From: an uncultured bacterium
GTDB lineage: Bacteria; Electryoneota; Electryoneia; Electryoneales; Electryoneaceae
Reading direction: 5' to 3'
Assembly (NCBI GenBank): GCA_964538455.1
Contig: CAZIDZ010000007.1
Location: 33,645-97,644, forward strand
DNA: 64,000 nt
The translations under genes were made by a program, and so were the position numbers. Each line of letters starts with the position of its first letter. Within the stretch, counting starts at the first letter, position 1. Positions 1-8,277 of the stretch are shown one piece after another. The notes below the pieces were generated by a model. The model was not told the DNA's origin. It worked only from the letters and a program-made list of their open reading frames with translations, and ran no database searches.

Positions 1-167
1 CTCAACCGGACCTGGATGATCCGATGGTCTGGAGGCGGGCGGTGGTCCATGGTTCCGTCGTCGCCTCCTACGTCGTGGAGGATTTCTCGATGAGACGTAC
101 CGCGACCCTTTCCGAGCGGGAGATCGAGGTGAGGGTGGAAAAATTCCGTGAAATGACGGCCTTCTGA
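1..167 (+). CDS. 3' end of an upstream gene (partial, function unknown)
   Basis: An open frame runs in from the window edge to TGA at 165-167 (…VVHGSVVASYVVEDFS…EIEVRVEKFREMTAF*). No family recognised. Confidence 0.3.
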   Translation, partial: QPDLDDPMVWRRAVVHGSVVASYVVEDFSMRRTATLSEREIEVRVEKFREMTAF

Positions 168-171
168 TCCC

Positions 172-1182
172 ATGGACGAGCTTCGGGGACTCTTCTGGGA
201 TGGGAGGGAGCTGACTTTTCTCGACCAGACGCGCCTGCCCTTTGAAGAGGTGAGACGGACCACTTCGGACTGGCGGGAGGTTGTGGACGCGGTCAAACGG
301 CTTGCGATCCGCGGCGCTCCAGCCATCGGGGTCGCGGGGGCCTGTGCCGCCGCTTTGGCCGCCGCTGAACATTCCGCTGATCGCGGGCAGTGGGAGCGCG
401 CGTTGGACACCATCGCCCGGGCGCGCCCCACGGCCGTGAACCTCGCATTTGCCGTCGCCCGTGTCCGCAGGGAGTGCAAAGGGATTGATGGGTATGCGCT
501 CGCCGTAAAATCCGCTGGCGTCGCGGCGGAGATCGCCGATGAGGACGAAGCACTCTGCGAATCGATCGCCGATCACGGAATCCAACTATTTGATAAACCG
601 AAGATTGTACTCACCCACTGCAACACAGGCGCGCTGGTCACCTACGGCATCGGCACCGCGCTGGGGGTTGTTCGCAGGGCACATCAGCGCGGATTGATCG
701 ACCGGGTGTACGCCTGCGAGGCGCGGCCGCTCGGCCAGGGTTCCCGTCTGACCATGTGGGAACTCGATAAACTTAATATTCCCAGTATATTGCTTCCCGA
801 CAGCGCGGCCGGTTCGCTGCTCTCCAGCGGCGCTGTGGATTTGGTCATTCTCGGCGCGGACAGGATCGCCGCAAACGGCGACACAGCGAACAAAATCGGC
901 ACGCTCAATCTGGCGGTGCTCGCCGCGCGCTATCGGGTTCCCTTCTATGTCGCCGCGCCTTCTTCCACGTTCGACCTCGATGCTGAGGACGGTTCTTCGA
1001 TCCCGATCGAGTTCCGGGATGCGGACGAGGTCCGCAGGATTGGCGGCGTGCAGGTGAGCCTTCCGACGGCGCAGGTGTACAATCCCGCGTTCGACGTTAC
1101 CCCTTCCGAGCTGATTGTCGGGATCATCTGCGAGCGTGGAGTGCTGCGCCCGCCATATCGTCTCGCGGACATGCGGCCTTGA
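172..1182 (+). CDS. mtnA: S-methyl-5-thioribose-1-phosphate isomerase (eIF-2B alpha/beta/delta family)
   Basis: 336 aa. N-terminus WDGRELTFLDQTRLP, GAPAIGV and HCNTGALAT-like (LTHCNTGALVT) motifs are typical of MtnA/eIF2B-related isomerases. Confidence 0.8.
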   Translation: MDELRGLFWDGRELTFLDQTRLPFEEVRRTTSDWREVVDAVKRLAIRGAPAIGVAGACAAALAAAEHSADRGQWERALDTIARARPTAVNLAFAVARVRRECKGIDGYALAVKSAGVAAEIADEDEALCESIADHGIQLFDKPKIVLTHCNTGALVTYGIGTALGVVRRAHQRGLIDRVYACEARPLGQGSRLTMWELDKLNIPSILLPDSAAGSLLSSGAVDLVILGADRIAANGDTANKIGTLNLAVLAARYRVPFYVAAPSSTFDLDAEDGSSIPIEFRDADEVRRIGGVQVSLPTAQVYNPAFDVTPSELIVGIICERGVLRPPYRLADMRP

Positions 1183-1290
1183 CAGCTTGTGAAGAGAAAA
1201 GATATATTGAACTCTTGATTTTTAGGGGGATGGATGCCTATCCCCTAAGGTTCTGATGCTCAATGGGTTGAGTGAAAACCAGAGGGAGTC

Positions 1291-2388
1291 ATGAAGAGCT
1301 CATGGGGCCGGTGGGGTCTCGCGGCCGTCACGCTGTCACTGATCTTTTTACTGATTGGCTGCGCCGCAAGTTCGTACTACGTCCGTTCCGCAAAGCTGCA
1401 CATCAACAACAAAAACTTGGACGAAGCCGAGAAAATCCTGCTCGAGGGAGCGAACACGCCTCCCAACGATCAGGACCCGGAGTTGTGGTACACGCTCGGT
1501 TACATTCGCTACGAACGGAAAGAATGGACAGGGATGAATGAGGCCTTTAATAAATCCCTGGCTCTCAACGCGACCTTTAAAGAGAAAATCGATAAACTGA
1601 AGTACAGCGCGTGGCAGCACATCGCCAGCCAGGCGGTCAAGGAATTTCAGGGTGGCAACTATCCCAAGTCGATCGACGATTTCCAGACCGCGCTGATCGT
1701 CCGGCCCAACAATCCGGAAACCTTGACCAACCTCGGGCTCAGCTATTTCAAGAACGAGCAGTACAATGAAGCCGCTGATGCGTTCCAGAAATCGATCGCG
1801 AACGACACGACGAATCAGAAGATCGTAACCAAGCAGAACCTGCTGGAAACTTACCGGCTGCTGGAGCGTTACCAGGATGTGATTGACCTCGCCGACGACA
1901 TCATCAACACGGCGGATTCGCTGAGCAAGACGGCAGATTCGCTGAGCACCAGCCGCAAGATCACGATCATCCAGGCGAAGGCGATGGCGCTGCAAAAACT
2001 CGGCCGCACGGAAGAAGCCGTCGACGAGTGGGACCGGCTGATGGCCGAGGATCCGACCAATGCCGATTTTGTCTTCAACAAGGCGCTGTTGCTCGATATG
2101 CTCGAGCGGTACAACGAAGCGGCGAAAGTGTACCTCAAGGCTATTGATCTCAATCCGGGAGATACAGAAGCGCGGATGCGCGCCTCGAACGCGCTGCTCG
2201 GCAGCCAGCAGTGGGAGACGATCGTGAAGGTGCTCGAACCCTGGCTGTTCCCGGATGGCGTTAAAGTGTACGAACCCACGTTCAAGGATCTGCACACGTG
2301 GATGATCCTGAAAGCGGCCTATGCCAACACGAAACAGCCGAACAAGGTGAAGGTGGTTGACGAAATTCTGAAGAAGATTTCGGGTTGA
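1291..2388 (+). CDS. TPR-repeat lipoprotein
   Basis: Signal peptide with lipobox LLIGC|AASS. TPR-like helical repeats throughout (WYTLGYIRYERKEW, LTNLGLSYFKNEQYNEAADAFQKSIA). Internal 18-bp tandem duplication encoding ADSLSKTADSLS at ~1912-1950. Confidence 0.65.
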   Translation: MKSSWGRWGLAAVTLSLIFLLIGCAASSYYVRSAKLHINNKNLDEAEKILLEGANTPPNDQDPELWYTLGYIRYERKEWTGMNEAFNKSLALNATFKEKIDKLKYSAWQHIASQAVKEFQGGNYPKSIDDFQTALIVRPNNPETLTNLGLSYFKNEQYNEAADAFQKSIANDTTNQKIVTKQNLLETYRLLERYQDVIDLADDIINTADSLSKTADSLSTSRKITIIQAKAMALQKLGRTEEAVDEWDRLMAEDPTNADFVFNKALLLDMLERYNEAAKVYLKAIDLNPGDTEARMRASNALLGSQQWETIVKVLEPWLFPDGVKVYEPTFKDLHTWMILKAAYANTKQPNKVKVVDEILKKISG

Positions 2389-2462
2389 CCCGCGTGTGGG
2401 TTCAAGGGATGTGACAGGCGAAGCGGGCCATCGCGTCCGCTTCGCTTTTTCACGAGGATTGG

Positions 2463-3230
2463 ATGGCGTCTCGATCGTTGAAGTCGCTCGAAGAGGATCT
2501 TCGTGCCCACGCCGGCCGCTTGCCGGAGCACATCGCTTTCATTATGGATGGCAACGGCAGGTGGGCGAAGGAGCGCGGCATGCCCCGCATGTTCGGCCAT
2601 CGCGAGGGTGTCAAATCGGTCCGCGAAATGGTCGAAACCGGCGTCGAGCTGGGCATCAAGGTGATGACGTTCTACACCTTCTCCAAGGAAAACTGGAGAC
2701 GTCCGAAGTCGGAGGTCTCCGGGTTGATGAAGCTGCTCGTCTCGACCATCCGCAAGGAAGTTGAGGACCTCGACAAGAATAACGTTCGCCTGCGCACCAT
2801 CGGACAGCTTGAGGATTTGCCGCCCGGACCCCGTGCCGAGTTCAGGGCCGCGATGAAGCAGCTCGAGCACAATGACGGCCTGCTGCTCGTGCTCGCGCTC
2901 TCTTACAGCGGCCGCCGAGAGATCACCCAGGCGGTCAACCGGCTGCTCGCCAGGGGCGTCAAACACGTTGATGAGCGGGCGTTTGCGTCGGCCCTCGAAA
3001 CCGCCGATCTCCCTGATCCTGACCTGCTGATCCGCACTTCAGGGGAGAATCGCCTGAGCAACTTCCTGCTCTGGCAGGCGGCCTACACTGAACTCTACAT
3101 CACCGACACGTACTGGCCCGATTTTCGCCGCCCGCAGCTGATTGCCGCCGTCCATGACTTTCTCCACCGCGAGCGTCGCTTTGGCCGCACCAGCGAACAA
3201 CTGATTCCATCGAAAGGTGAGGCACGGTGA
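2463..3230 (+). CDS. uppS: di-trans,poly-cis-undecaprenyl-diphosphate synthase (isoprenyl transferase)
   Basis: Hallmark motifs IAFIMDGNGRWA, FSKENWRRP and RTSGE.RLSNFLLWQ; 255 aa. Confidence 0.9.
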   Translation: MASRSLKSLEEDLRAHAGRLPEHIAFIMDGNGRWAKERGMPRMFGHREGVKSVREMVETGVELGIKVMTFYTFSKENWRRPKSEVSGLMKLLVSTIRKEVEDLDKNNVRLRTIGQLEDLPPGPRAEFRAAMKQLEHNDGLLLVLALSYSGRREITQAVNRLLARGVKHVDERAFASALETADLPDPDLLIRTSGENRLSNFLLWQAAYTELYITDTYWPDFRRPQLIAAVHDFLHRERRFGRTSEQLIPSKGEAR

Positions 3231-3910
3231 GTTCCGATCCGATCAAATCCGTGTTCCCGGAGCTCTGGGTGTCGGAAGCGGCCTACCCGGCGCTGATGCC
3301 GCGCAGCAGTGAGGACGTGATGAGCATCGTGCAGTGGTGCCGGGAGAACGGAATGCGCATCCTTCCGGTCGGCGGCGGACATTCCCTCGGCGAAAAATTC
3401 ACCGTCCCCAACGGTGTCGTCAGCCTCATCTCCCTGGCGCGCGATGGAGTCTCCGAACCGGACACCGGCGACCTTGCGATCGAGGTCGAGGCGGGAGTGC
3501 CCGCGGCGATGCTCCACCAACTGGTGCATGACGCCGGCCTCCGGCTCGACGGGTGGCCGGAAAACTACCCGGGAACGCTCGGCGGACTGTTCGCCGGTCT
3601 GCGCGGCCTCGAACTGCGCCACCTGGTCCTCGGCATGGACCTTGTCGACGGCCGGGGACGAAGCCTCCGCTTCGGCGGGCGCGTTCGAAAAAACGTCAGC
3701 GGCTTCGATGTCGCGGGAGTGATGATCGGAAGCCGTGGTACGCTGGGGTGGATCGATCGGCTCTACCTGAGATTGAGCCCGGGCGGCTCGACCCTGTTGG
3801 ATCGCAGGGGACCCGCCCCACTCGGACAGCCATCCTCTCCCAGGGGTCTATATCAACGCGTCGCTGTGGCGCTCGACCCCGACGGCGTTTTCCTGAAACC
3901 CGGGGAGTGA
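3227..3910 (+). CDS. FAD-binding oxidoreductase, GlcE/FAD-linked-oxidase-like, unusually short
   Basis: PCMH-type FAD-binding domain (ILPVGGGHSLGEKF…GTLGGLFAGLRG…RKNVSGFDV…IGSRGTLGWI) followed directly by the family's C-terminal tail (ALDPDGVFLKPGE). Only 227 aa, so the substrate/cap domain appears to be missing. Confidence 0.55.
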   Translation: MSSDPIKSVFPELWVSEAAYPALMPRSSEDVMSIVQWCRENGMRILPVGGGHSLGEKFTVPNGVVSLISLARDGVSEPDTGDLAIEVEAGVPAAMLHQLVHDAGLRLDGWPENYPGTLGGLFAGLRGLELRHLVLGMDLVDGRGRSLRFGGRVRKNVSGFDVAGVMIGSRGTLGWIDRLYLRLSPGGSTLLDRRGPAPLGQPSSPRGLYQRVAVALDPDGVFLKPGE

Positions 3911-3917
3911 CATCTCC

Positions 3918-6900
3918 ATGCAGCGGCGACCCTGGGTTATCGTCGTCACGCTGTTGGCTTTTGCACTGGCTTTCAGCATCCTCGTGGCGATCCGTTATCT
4001 GAACAGGTCCGACCGCCTGCGGCAGCAGATTATCGCCCAATTGCAGAACATCCCTGGAGAAATCTCCCTCGGTTCCGCGAACATCGCCGCCACCACCCTG
4101 CAGCTCTCCAACCTCTCCTATCGCAATCCCGACCACAGCGTGAACATCCATATCCAGCGCGTCAGCGTTCGCTTTTCAATCGGCAACTGGATTGTCCACG
4201 AGGGTAGTTTGGAGAGTCTCATCGAAAGCATCACCGTTGTCGAGCCGGAGATTACGTTTCAGCCTTCGGCGGTCCGCCGCAGGCCGCATCCAAGGGACAG
4301 CTCACGAACCGCGGATCTGGCACGTTTGAACCTCCTCAGGAGGACCGTTCTCCGCGGCGGCAGGCTTCGCGTGATCGATCGCTACGGATCGATGTGGCTC
4401 GCGGTGCACAACCTTGACGGTTGGGGACAGGGGATCGATCAGAACCGAATCAGGGTACAGCTTGCGGGGAGTTTCTACCGGACGGAACAGCAGAATTTCA
4501 CCCTCGAAACGATCGTCAACCTGGATCCCCTCCAGGTCGAGTCGGAGATCGCGCTGCGGTCCTATGACCTCTCGTCCATCGAGCTGCCCCCTGGCGGCAT
4601 CGTCGAGTCTCCCGACGGGTTTCTTTCAGGGCACGCACGGGTCGAATGGTCGCGGCAGGATTGGGATCTCACCGCGAATGTCCGGCTTGACAACGGCAGT
4701 TTTCGGATTCGCCACGGTCCTCGCTTCACCGATCTGAACCTGAGCGGACTGGCCGAGGACGGGCTGCTCACCGTCGGCGGCAACATCGTCGTGGAGGACG
4801 ACCCCGGCACACTCGACGTCGCGTTCAAGTATAAGGGTGGTCTGCGTTTGACCGCATCCGCGGACATCCCGGTTGCACGCCTGGGAAAGCACCTCGGCAC
4901 CTTTTCCCGGATGCCGAAGCGGTTGCAGCCGATCGGGACGATTCACGCGAGCACCGCTTTTCAATGGAGTTCGGCCGACAAGCAGTGGTCGTGGACCATC
5001 CTGGGCAGCTCCGACGAGATCGGCACACGCGTCGGGAAATTTCACGATGTGCGCACGGGCCTTCACTGGGACCGCGAGACCGCCGCGCTGCAGTTCGATT
5101 CTCTGCGAGCGAACTGGAACGGACTGGAGTTGTCGGGCACCGCAGCTTTTCAACCGCATCAGGATGAACGCTTTGTCGTCGACGGCAAACTCGATGGCCG
5201 TTTCGACCTCGCGGAACTGCCCGGCTGGGCCGGTCCCCTCGCGGAAAAGACGACTCACGCGGAGTTGAACATCCGCTACCTCACCGGCGACGGCTGGACG
5301 GTTGCCGGAACCGGGAGGGTGCACGACGACGATAACCCGGCGCTAGGCGAGTTCACCGCCAGGTACCGGCTGGACGGATACCAGCTGCGCATGGATCTCT
5401 ACTCGCCGCAGCGGAGGAATGCCTGGGTGACGATGAGCCAGGCGCCCGGCCGTCCAGCGAAAATCACGATGCAGGATCCACAGACCCTGGCGAAGTGGTG
5501 GGACGAAGCCTACTCCGTTCCCGAACGCATCAGCGATATCGAAACCCGCGTCGCTGTGGAGCTGCTCCCCAAACAGATCCGGGGGCAGGCCGATCTCTAC
5601 GATCCCGCCACGGGGCTGGGGATGCACCTGTTCGGAAGTCTTTTCGGCCGCCTCAATGAATCGGTGGCGGGAACCTACGGCTACCGCTTGAGCAGGCACG
5701 CGCAGCAGGTCGGCTACGGGGAATTCGACCTCGCTTACAGCGGCGGCATGCTCGATATCCAGCGCTTCAACTTGATGGATTACCTCAGCCTTTCGGGCAG
5801 GGTCGATTTTAACGCACGGCAGTTCAGCAAGCTTGAACTGACGGTTGAAGATCTTGATCTAAGTCACGTCGTACCGAGTATCTCGGCAATCCCGGAGAGT
5901 CGCATTGATGGCCGGGTGGGGGGACAGGTCACGATCGACGGGAGTTTCGCCAGACCGGTCGTCGACAGCCATTTTGAATTGTATGACGGACGCTACGGTG
6001 ATCTCAGCCAGTACTGGGGCGTGCTCACACTCTCGACCAACCTTCAGGGGGAGGTGTTTATCCGCAGGGGACTGCTCGGCCGCTCCGGAACAACCATCCT
6101 CAACATGGAGGGCGGGTACAGCATCCCCGACGACAAGTTTGACGTGCGCCTCGAAGCGCCGCGCACCGACGCCGGCGTGCTCGCCGAAGCCGTCGCCGGC
6201 AAGAGCGATCTGCTCAACGGACCGATCGCCCTCTCCGGACACCTCGGAGGCTCCCTCGCCCTGCCTGAATGGACCGCGTCGATGAACATGGTCGACGCAA
6301 AGGTCGCGGGGATTGCGTTCGACGACGTCAACATCGAACTGCGGGGGGTCACCACCGAGCGGTTAGGGCACATCCTTTACATCGACCGCTTTTCGATGCA
6401 GCGCGAAAATCGCTACCAGTTCAATGCCAGCGGTGCGGCGCCGATGACGCGCGGTGCCGGTCGCATTTCCGCGCGCCTCGAAGGCGAGGTGCTGAATGTC
6501 CTGCCGCAGTTGACCCGTTTCGTCAAGGGCGCCAGCGGTTCCGGATTCTTCGACTGGACGGTTACCGTTGTCGCCGGGAAAATTGCCGCCAGCAACGGCG
6601 AAATCAAAATCAAGAACGGCAACGTCAGTTTCCTCGATGTCTTCCCGATCCTGAAGAATCTCGAAGTCGACCTCAACGTCGGTGTGGACGGAGCTCTGAC
6701 GATCAACAAGTTCGATGGCATCTTCGGCGAGAACAGCCCCGCCATGGTCCGCAACGAGCGCGGCAACCCCGACAGCGTGCAAAATCTGCCCATCATCATC
6801 TCGGGGATCGGGCTCGATCTGGGCGTCTTGAAGCTGCGCACCCCCGCCGAAGAGGGCATCCCCATGCGGATTCCCCGCGTGATGACGACGGAGGACTACG

Positions 6901-8165
6901 GCCGCATCAAGTTCAGCGGCCGCAACGGCGCCGACTGGTTCCGGATTTCGGGACCTGTCGATAGCCTGATGATGACGGGGAGCATGAGAATCGCCAACGC
7001 GCGGATGACCCTGCCGCCGCTGCCGGCCGCGGGAGCCGGCAGTTCGGCGAACGAGAGAGGAACGGCGGCGGGGAGAAGAGCCGCCAGCGGTGTTCTCGCC
7101 CTGCTCGATAACGCGCGCTGGAATGGGCAGATTCGGATCGCGGAGAACGTCCATTATGAACGCGACATCGCGGGCCTGGAGAACACTCCCGTACTCAGCG
7201 CTTTCTCTGAAATCATCTCCCAGGTCTCCGTGGACCTGACCCTCGATCCCACGGAACAGAACCGCCCTCTCGAGGTGACCGGCCGATTTGCCGATAGGTC
7301 CTTCCGCATGATTGGCGAAATGTCCTCCACCCAGGGACAGATCGAGCTGCTCGATCTCACGTTCGATCTGCAGCGCGCGGATGTCACCTTCGACAGGACC
7401 TCGATGCTGCCGGTTGTCAGCGGACGGGCAGTGACCTACACAGTCGAGGAATCGGCCGATCCCAACGCTCCGCGCTACAGCCGCGAATTGTACTTGACGC
7501 TTTACGTCATCGATCCTGTCACTGGTCAACGAACCACGAGGGGCCGATGGGGGGATTTCACTTTCGTGCTCGAGGACCAGGAGGGATCGAGCCAGGAGCA
7601 GGTCCTCAATGCTCTCGGCTACCAGGCGGGTTCGCTGACGAAACGGGCCACCGCGATCGGCGCCGGCGGGCTGGAGCGGGCGCTTATCCGAAGATGGCTG
7701 CGCCCGATTGAACGCGACATCGCGCGTGTACTCGGCCTCGACCTCGTACGCTTCGATCCCTCCATCGCCAGCTACCTCATCCGGGACAACGCCATCGGGC
7801 TCGATTCCCTCGGCCTCGGCAGTGCCAGCCAGATGAGATCGAGCAGCGTGAAACTCGGTAAATACGTGTTGCCGAATCTCTTCGTGAGCTATACGGGGCA
7901 ATTGGGTTCGGACCCCTTCGAGCGTTATTCGGCAACCGGCATCGTGCCCACCAGCCGCATTGCGTTCCTGCAGAGTTGGGATGTCGAGTACCGCGTGCGC
8001 CCGATCTCGCCCAACCTGGTGCTGCAAGGGGGGTGGGAGTACGACAACCTCGCACCGGATGAAGCCGGGAAACGGAACAACCGGTCGATACGCTTGAAAT
8101 ACACTCTCGTCTACGATATGACAAAGGTCAGCATGGCAAAACTCTGGCGTGATCTGTGGAACTGA
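3918..8165 (+). CDS. tamB: translocation and assembly module subunit TamB-like (AsmA-family, inner-membrane anchored)
   Basis: 1415 aa. N-terminal TM anchor (VIVVTLLAFALAFSILVAI), long beta-rich body, and a DUF490-like C-terminus (…NLFVSYTGQLGSDPFERY…WDVEYRV…LVLQGGWEY). Sits directly upstream of bamA. Confidence 0.7.
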   Translation: MQRRPWVIVVTLLAFALAFSILVAIRYLNRSDRLRQQIIAQLQNIPGEISLGSANIAATTLQLSNLSYRNPDHSVNIHIQRVSVRFSIGNWIVHEGSLESLIESITVVEPEITFQPSAVRRRPHPRDSSRTADLARLNLLRRTVLRGGRLRVIDRYGSMWLAVHNLDGWGQGIDQNRIRVQLAGSFYRTEQQNFTLETIVNLDPLQVESEIALRSYDLSSIELPPGGIVESPDGFLSGHARVEWSRQDWDLTANVRLDNGSFRIRHGPRFTDLNLSGLAEDGLLTVGGNIVVEDDPGTLDVAFKYKGGLRLTASADIPVARLGKHLGTFSRMPKRLQPIGTIHASTAFQWSSADKQWSWTILGSSDEIGTRVGKFHDVRTGLHWDRETAALQFDSLRANWNGLELSGTAAFQPHQDERFVVDGKLDGRFDLAELPGWAGPLAEKTTHAELNIRYLTGDGWTVAGTGRVHDDDNPALGEFTARYRLDGYQLRMDLYSPQRRNAWVTMSQAPGRPAKITMQDPQTLAKWWDEAYSVPERISDIETRVAVELLPKQIRGQADLYDPATGLGMHLFGSLFGRLNESVAGTYGYRLSRHAQQVGYGEFDLAYSGGMLDIQRFNLMDYLSLSGRVDFNARQFSKLELTVEDLDLSHVVPSISAIPESRIDGRVGGQVTIDGSFARPVVDSHFELYDGRYGDLSQYWGVLTLSTNLQGEVFIRRGLLGRSGTTILNMEGGYSIPDDKFDVRLEAPRTDAGVLAEAVAGKSDLLNGPIALSGHLGGSLALPEWTASMNMVDAKVAGIAFDDVNIELRGVTTERLGHILYIDRFSMQRENRYQFNASGAAPMTRGAGRISARLEGEVLNVLPQLTRFVKGASGSGFFDWTVTVVAGKIAASNGEIKIKNGNVSFLDVFPILKNLEVDLNVGVDGALTINKFDGIFGENSPAMVRNERGNPDSVQNLPIIISGIGLDLGVLKLRTPAEEGIPMRIPRVMTTEDYGRIKFSGRNGADWFRISGPVDSLMMTGSMRIANARMTLPPLPAAGAGSSANERGTAAGRRAASGVLALLDNARWNGQIRIAENVHYERDIAGLENTPVLSAFSEIISQVSVDLTLDPTEQNRPLEVTGRFADRSFRMIGEMSSTQGQIELLDLTFDLQRADVTFDRTSMLPVVSGRAVTYTVEESADPNAPRYSRELYLTLYVIDPVTGQRTTRGRWGDFTFVLEDQEGSSQEQVLNALGYQAGSLTKRATAIGAGGLERALIRRWLRPIERDIARVLGLDLVRFDPSIASYLIRDNAIGLDSLGLGSASQMRSSSVKLGKYVLPNLFVSYTGQLGSDPFERYSATGIVPTSRIAFLQSWDVEYRVRPISPNLVLQGGWEYDNLAPDEAGKRNNRSIRLKYTLVYDMTKVSMAKLWRDLWN

Positions 8166-8277
8166 ACGGGGGGTGCGAACGTACACCCCTCGTGGGGCTT
8201 CTGCGCAGGCGATTGCTTGTCTGCGGACGGGGGACTCCGTACCTTTCAACCTTCATTCAAACGAAACGACCTCAGTG

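Noticed and set aside
6363-8249. 628-aa minus-strand ORF, and many other long antisense ORFs (e.g. 9040-10794, 11515-13617, 15582-16724, 23284-24366, 29325-30530, 59780-61780, 63139-63933)
   Set aside because: All lie antisense to well-supported genes with clear family motifs. Long stop-free antisense frames are expected at ~65% GC, and none showed recognisable protein motifs.
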